Program-made: the position numbers and the translations under genes | NCBI GenBank assembly: GCA_002508315.1 | Contig: DAHE01000043.1 | Coordinates: 1,228 to 65,227 of the forward strand | Length of the DNA stretch: 64,000 bases | Direction: 5' to 3' | From: Thermocladium sp. UBA166 | GTDB lineage: Archaea; Thermoproteota; Thermoprotei; Thermoproteales; Thermocladiaceae | The notes under the pieces: generated by a model | Seen by the model: only the letters and a program-made list of their open reading frames with translations | The model's database searches: none | What the model was told of the DNA's origin: nothing | Shown here: positions 59,655 through 64,000 of the stretch, piece by piece | How positions within the stretch are numbered: position 1 is the stretch's first letter | Layout of the letters: every line of letters starts with the position of its first letter

Positions 59655-60155
59655 ATGAAGAGGGTAGTAAGATTATCGGTGCAGCCTGGAAAGCCGCTTG
59701 CTCCTCAAGCTAGCCAGCAGCTTCAACAAGCGTCGCTGAACGCAGATGAGGTGGCGAGGAGAATAGTCGATGAAACGAAGCCTCTTGCATCGTACGGAGT
59801 AAATAGCGTCACTGTGGAGGTGGTCGCCGACGATGAAGGTTATTCCCTATCGATAGAGCACCCGTCCATAACTGATTTATTGATAAGGGCCGCCGGCAAA
59901 TCCGCTCCAACCCATCAAGCCGGGAAGGAAATAATTGGCGATATCCCGCTGGAGAAGGTAGCCGAGGTGACTCTGATAAAGCTGGGGGAGTTAAGGAGCA
60001 CCAGCTTCGTGAAGGCCTTGAAGCAAGTGGTCGGGACTTGTAGATCGATTGGTTTAACCGTTAATGGAAAGGACCCGAAGGACGTGATAAAGGAAATAGA
60101 CGCTGGCAAATATGACGAATTAGTTAAAAAGTATGAGGAGGAGGCAAAAAGGTGA
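59655..60155 (+). CDS. rpl11: 50S ribosomal protein L11
   Basis: PSITDLL, KQVVGTCRSIGLTVNGKDP; upstream of L1. Confidence 0.9.
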   Translation: MKRVVRLSVQPGKPLAPQASQQLQQASLNADEVARRIVDETKPLASYGVNSVTVEVVADDEGYSLSIEHPSITDLLIRAAGKSAPTHQAGKEIIGDIPLEKVAEVTLIKLGELRSTSFVKALKQVVGTCRSIGLTVNGKDPKDVIKEIDAGKYDELVKKYEEEAKR

Positions 60156-60161
60156 GGGGAT

Positions 60162-60815
60162 ATGAGCATTAAGGCCGAATCCATAATTAAGGCGATAGAT
60201 ACGGCGAGGTCCCAGTCGAAGCGTCGCAGGTTCGAGCAGTCGATAGACCTGGTAGTCACGTTCAGGGACTTGGATATTAAGAAACCGGAGAATAAGTTCT
60301 CATTAACTGTTACTCTTCCCCACCCGATACCGAATAAGCAGAACAAGATATGCATGATAGCCAGCGGTTCAATGGTCTTATCGGCCAGGGACGCCAATGT
60401 CGACTTGGTCATTTCAAAGGATGATTTCTCCAAGTATGTTGAGTCAAAGAAATCCATAAGGAAATTGGCCCAAGAATACGATTTCTTCCTGGCTACTCCA
60501 GACATGATGGTTCAGATAGGCAGGACCATGGGTTCCATACTTGGCCCCAGAGGCAAGATGCCGGACGTGGTTCAACCCAATGCAGACTTAAAGCCCATAG
60601 TCGATAGGTATAGGCGCAGCGTTAGGGTTAAGATAAAGGATCAACCGCAGATAATGGCTAGGATAGGCGGTGAAACAATGAATGAGAAGGAAATAGCCGA
60701 GAACGCGACCGCCGTGCTGGAGGAAATATCAAAGAAGGTTCAACCGGAAAAGATTCGCTCAATATACATAAAATTAACTATGGGCGCCCCAATTAGGTTG
60801 AGCCTTCAACAATGA
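60162..60815 (+). CDS. rpl1: 50S ribosomal protein L1
   Basis: RRFEQSIDL, LGPRGKMP, KLTMG. Confidence 0.95.
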   Translation: MSIKAESIIKAIDTARSQSKRRRFEQSIDLVVTFRDLDIKKPENKFSLTVTLPHPIPNKQNKICMIASGSMVLSARDANVDLVISKDDFSKYVESKKSIRKLAQEYDFFLATPDMMVQIGRTMGSILGPRGKMPDVVQPNADLKPIVDRYRRSVRVKIKDQPQIMARIGGETMNEKEIAENATAVLEEISKKVQPEKIRSIYIKLTMGAPIRLSLQQ

Positions 60816-60856
60816 GCTTCAATTGAAGAGAGGGGGATGCCTTTTTGTTTAAATGT

Positions 60857-62194
60857 TTACGCTGTGCCCAAATAATGCGAGTACTCCCACTCGGTGATTT
60901 TGCTCCAAGTATCATCCCATCTATATATTGATTCATATTCGTTCCACTCCTTCTCCTTGATATCCGCGTAAGCCGTGATTATATCCTTCATGTAATCGAT
61001 GGACGCGATGGGGCTATTCCTCAATTCCGCAACGGCCTCGCCCAGAGTTCTAGGAGTCTCCTCAGCGTTCAACTCATACGCTATATCCTCCACGGGGGGC
61101 GGCGGCGATGCCTTGCTGGATAATCCATTCATAACCGCGTTTAACTCCACTGCGAATGCGAGGTAGGGATTCATGCTTGGATCTGGATGTCTGTACTCGA
61201 AGCGGTTCACCTTTCTTCCATAGAATGGTATCCTTATCATGGCCGACCTATTGCCGTATCCCCACGCTATTCTGGTGGGGGCCTCATGATGCGGAACCAA
61301 TCTTTTATAGGAATTGACGGTTGGAGCCACCACCGCGCTAATGCTCTTTGCCGCAGCCAGCAGCCCAGCTATGGCGCTCTGGGCCTCCGGGGTGGCTTCG
61401 CTGCTCTTTGATTCGAATAAGTTGCGTCCATCCAAGTCCCACATGCTTATGTGAGTGTGGGCCCCGCTTCCATTTATTCCCCAGAACGGCTTTGGCATGA
61501 AGGTCGCGACATAGCCGTGCCTCTTGGCTATATCACGCGCAATTACCTTATAGATTACTATGTTGTCCGCCACCTTTATTGGAGAATCCGCTGGGATATT
61601 TACTTCGTATTGTGATGGAGCCACTTCATGATGTATCTTGGTCTCGCCTATCCCTGACTCGCTCATTGCCTCAGTTAATTCAGCCGCAACGTCGAGAAGC
61701 ACGTGGGTATTGCGGCCCTCAAAATACATCCCATCATCAATCAACGCCGGAGAACCGCCGCTATTGTTGACTATGAAGAACTCCACCTCGACTCCCATCA
61801 AGGCGCGGAGCCCGCTTCTCTGAAGCTCATAAATTGTGCTCAACAAGACATTGCGTGGATCCCTCATCACGGGCTTGCCCGAGTCATCTATGACATTCAT
61901 GAGGACATCCGCTATCTTGCCGTCGTTCCACCGCTCCACGTAAATGGCATGATTATCCGGCACCGCAACGAAGTCGCTTTTATTCACCGTAGTATATGAC
62001 GGTATTGATGAGCCGTCAAAGGGCATGCCGTCCCTGAACACGTCGAGCGCAGGATCTATCGGCATTAATTCAGCCCTTGGCCGTCCATTTATGTCGATCA
62101 CGGTGAATTTAATGAATTTAACCCCGCTTGCCTTTAAGACCCTCCATGCATCGCGTGGTTCCACGTTTCCCCTGTATTTATCTATATCCAGCAC
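60857..62194 (-). CDS. glnA: Glutamine synthetase type I
   Basis: FDGSSI, HHEVAPSQYE, FMPKP..GINGSGAH, NSYKRLVP, NRSAMIRIP, EYRHPDP. Confidence 0.9.
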   Translation of the reverse strand: MLDIDKYRGNVEPRDAWRVLKASGVKFIKFTVIDINGRPRAELMPIDPALDVFRDGMPFDGSSIPSYTTVNKSDFVAVPDNHAIYVERWNDGKIADVLMNVIDDSGKPVMRDPRNVLLSTIYELQRSGLRALMGVEVEFFIVNNSGGSPALIDDGMYFEGRNTHVLLDVAAELTEAMSESGIGETKIHHEVAPSQYEVNIPADSPIKVADNIVIYKVIARDIAKRHGYVATFMPKPFWGINGSGAHTHISMWDLDGRNLFESKSSEATPEAQSAIAGLLAAAKSISAVVAPTVNSYKRLVPHHEAPTRIAWGYGNRSAMIRIPFYGRKVNRFEYRHPDPSMNPYLAFAVELNAVMNGLSSKASPPPPVEDIAYELNAEETPRTLGEAVAELRNSPIASIDYMKDIITAYADIKEKEWNEYESIYRWDDTWSKITEWEYSHYLGTA

Positions 62195-62284
62195 ATAATG
62201 CTTTACTCCATCTATTTATATACATTATTGTTAAAATCACTATTAATTAACGGGAATACTCTACAATTTCACCCGGTAGTCAAG

Positions 62285-63715
62285 TCACTGCTTGGACTGA
62301 TTTGGATTATACTCTACGTAGAGGCTTGTCTTAATGCCCTTAAGCTTGCTTCTCAATAAAAACGCCTCCACCAACATTACCGCGGCGATGGATGAAAGCA
62401 CCAAGTAATCCATGGGCAAGTACTGCGCTGACTCGTAAAAGGTAATCATCATTAGCGCTGCTCCCCCAATTGTTATGGCCTTGCCATAGATGCCCGTTAT
62501 CTTGAAGGCGGCTATTGCCACCACCGCTAGGCTAAGCACGTAGTACAGCGAATCAACCGCGTAGGCGTACTCCATTGCCCCGTAAGTCAGTTGAACCGCA
62601 CCTGAATACCCGGCAATCATAGCCGCCGCATATGATGGTACCAATAATGCTGCTGCGGTTATTGTGGATGCGTACGTCGCCGTGGTCGGCGTCAAATATC
62701 TGGGGTGTATGGAGTTAAGCCAGCGCGGCAGCAATCCATCCCTGCTCATCCCGAATAGCATGCGAGCAGTGGCGTTTAGCGTGGCTAAATAGCAGCCGAA
62801 GACGCTCATAATCACGGAGGCCGAGAATATAGCGAGACCCCACGGTCCTAGGTATTTCTCCACCAAGGTGAAAACGGGATTCACTCCAAACCCCTCCGCC
62901 GCCGAGACGAAGTTGCTTATTGATGCTTGATCGAAGCCAACGTTTAGCAATATGGCGTACGTGGTCGCCATGTAAAGCAGGCCCATCAATAGAGTCGCAG
63001 TTAGTGTGGCTCGCGGCACTGTCTCGCCCGGTCTCTTGGCTTCCTCGGATATCTGAGTGCTGGTCTCGAACCCCATGAAGTACGTCACGGAGAACAGCAG
63101 CCCCCCTCCTATGCCCGCCAAAATTCCATTGATGGAGCCACCGTATGTGGCCTCGGGCATGAATGGGAAAAAGGATAATCTATTCCTCTCCCCGTAAAAC
63201 GATAACGAGATGAATAGCACCAATATTATTATCTCAATGGATGATAAGAGGGTCTCCGTACGTATGCTCGGCTTGATTCCGGTAATTGATATGAGCATTG
63301 CGGCTGCTATGGGAATCAGGACTAGGGGTAATGGATTGATCAATGAACCAGTTACGGCGTATATTGCCTCGGCGGTTAAGTAGGAGAATGCTATGGCCAC
63401 CGATGATAATCCAATCACGCTGTATATTATGTAAATTATTCCGTTTAGGAATCCCGTGAAGGAATTAAGCGAGTTGGTTGGGTAAGCGTAGAAGCTGGCG
63501 GCGTGCGGGTATCTCTTGGAGAGGACATATATTGAGTACACCATTGTCATTACCCCCAACGTAGTTAACAGCATTGCGAGGGGCGCTGCGGCGTATGCAG
63601 TGCTCATTATCAGGGCAGCTCCACCCGCTATGCTATATGTAGGTGCTTGGCCAGCCAATGAGTTGTACAGCAGCCCCAGGAAGCCCGTTGAATCCCCCCT
63701 CAGCTTGCTCGCCAT
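62285..63715 (-). CDS. APC-family amino acid permease
   Basis: About 12 TMs; FMGFETSTQISEEAK, RMLFGMSRDGLLP. Confidence 0.88.
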   Translation of the reverse strand: MASKLRGDSTGFLGLLYNSLAGQAPTYSIAGGAALIMSTAYAAAPLAMLLTTLGVMTMVYSIYVLSKRYPHAASFYAYPTNSLNSFTGFLNGIIYIIYSVIGLSSVAIAFSYLTAEAIYAVTGSLINPLPLVLIPIAAAMLISITGIKPSIRTETLLSSIEIIILVLFISLSFYGERNRLSFFPFMPEATYGGSINGILAGIGGGLLFSVTYFMGFETSTQISEEAKRPGETVPRATLTATLLMGLLYMATTYAILLNVGFDQASISNFVSAAEGFGVNPVFTLVEKYLGPWGLAIFSASVIMSVFGCYLATLNATARMLFGMSRDGLLPRWLNSIHPRYLTPTTATYASTITAAALLVPSYAAAMIAGYSGAVQLTYGAMEYAYAVDSLYYVLSLAVVAIAAFKITGIYGKAITIGGAALMMITFYESAQYLPMDYLVLSSIAAVMLVEAFLLRSKLKGIKTSLYVEYNPNQSKQ

Positions 63716-63840
63716 GAAGGGGCTCGCGCATTAATGCGATATAAGTGTTGTTAAACGTTTAGCATTGAATTGAAATATAGCAGCGTTGAGGCAGTGATAA
63801 AGCGGAAGGCTTAAAAAAGGAATAGCATCGGAGGCTCTCA

Positions 63841-63996
63841 ATGCCGATCTCAGATCAAGAGAAGTTAAGGATAGCTATAGAGCATAGATTCGGTTACTGG
63901 ATATGCAGAAACTGCGGGGCCAGGAACCCAATAAATGCCGAGAAGTGCAGGCGATGCAAGAGCAAGAACCTCAGGCCCAAGAGGTTCAAGCATTAA
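63841..63996 (+). CDS. rpl40e: 50S ribosomal protein L40e (51 aa; missed by the ORF track)
   Basis: [51 protein letters not shown]. Confidence 0.92.
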   Translation: MPISDQEKLRIAIEHRFGYWICRNCGARNPINAEKCRRCKSKNLRPKRFKH

Positions 63997-64000
63997 ATAT

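Noticed and set aside
60857-63715. GS-like gamma-glutamyl-polyamine ligase, suggested by the adjacent APC permease
   Set aside because: It retains FDGSSI and the other GS-I motifs, so ordinary glutamine synthetase is more parsimonious
327-63734. Numerous 60-200 aa antisense or alternate-frame ORFs in the track
   Set aside because: They overlap well-supported genes and show no recognisable motifs; shadow ORFs
1-64000. CRISPR array, tRNA or rRNA genes
   Set aside because: No regularly spaced direct repeats, no T-arm/cloverleaf pattern in intergenic gaps and no rRNA-like stretch found by eye

Overview
Archaeal chromosomal window, most likely a Thermoproteales crenarchaeon (Thermocladium/Caldivirga/Vulcanisaeta-like). 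This is inferred from the unsplit rpoB, TIP49, Hel308, Urm1-Cgi121, PaREP1 and leaderless genes about 23-24 nt after TTTAA/TATA boxes. Most genes are housekeeping: a peptide ABC transporter, heme synthesis (ahbC-like, hemL), a tungstate/molybdate ABC transporter, rpoH-rpoB, the mevalonate/lipid pathway, exosome rrp41/rrp42, aIF2-gamma, ribosomal proteins, secG and glnA. Two real genes missed by the ORF track were recovered by eye (secG/Sec61-beta and rpl40e). Highlight 1: a six-gene cluster at 28.5-35.6 kb joins a ParA/MinD ATPase and two unknown small proteins to a membrane-anchored VirB4-like ATPase, a VirB2-like pilin candidate and a large VirB6-like membrane protein, resembling a Ted/Ced DNA-exchange apparatus with a positioning module. 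Highlight 2: a family of short non-autonomous IS200/IS605-derived elements (TTTAA...TCAC) repeatedly abuts host TATA boxes; two retain a promoter plus an omega-RNA-like end, and one pair of ends brackets an antiporter gene. Highlight 3: a Qng1/queuosine-salvage-like glycosylase carries an EndoIII-type 4Fe-4S motif. Highlight 4: an orphan small gene plus atypical Rad50/SMC pair resembles arcadin-3/4. Highlight 5: the thiolase in the HMG-CoA synthase cluster lacks its catalytic residues and a canonical start codon. No rRNA, tRNA or CRISPR array was found. All family calls come from motif recognition by eye; no database searches were run.
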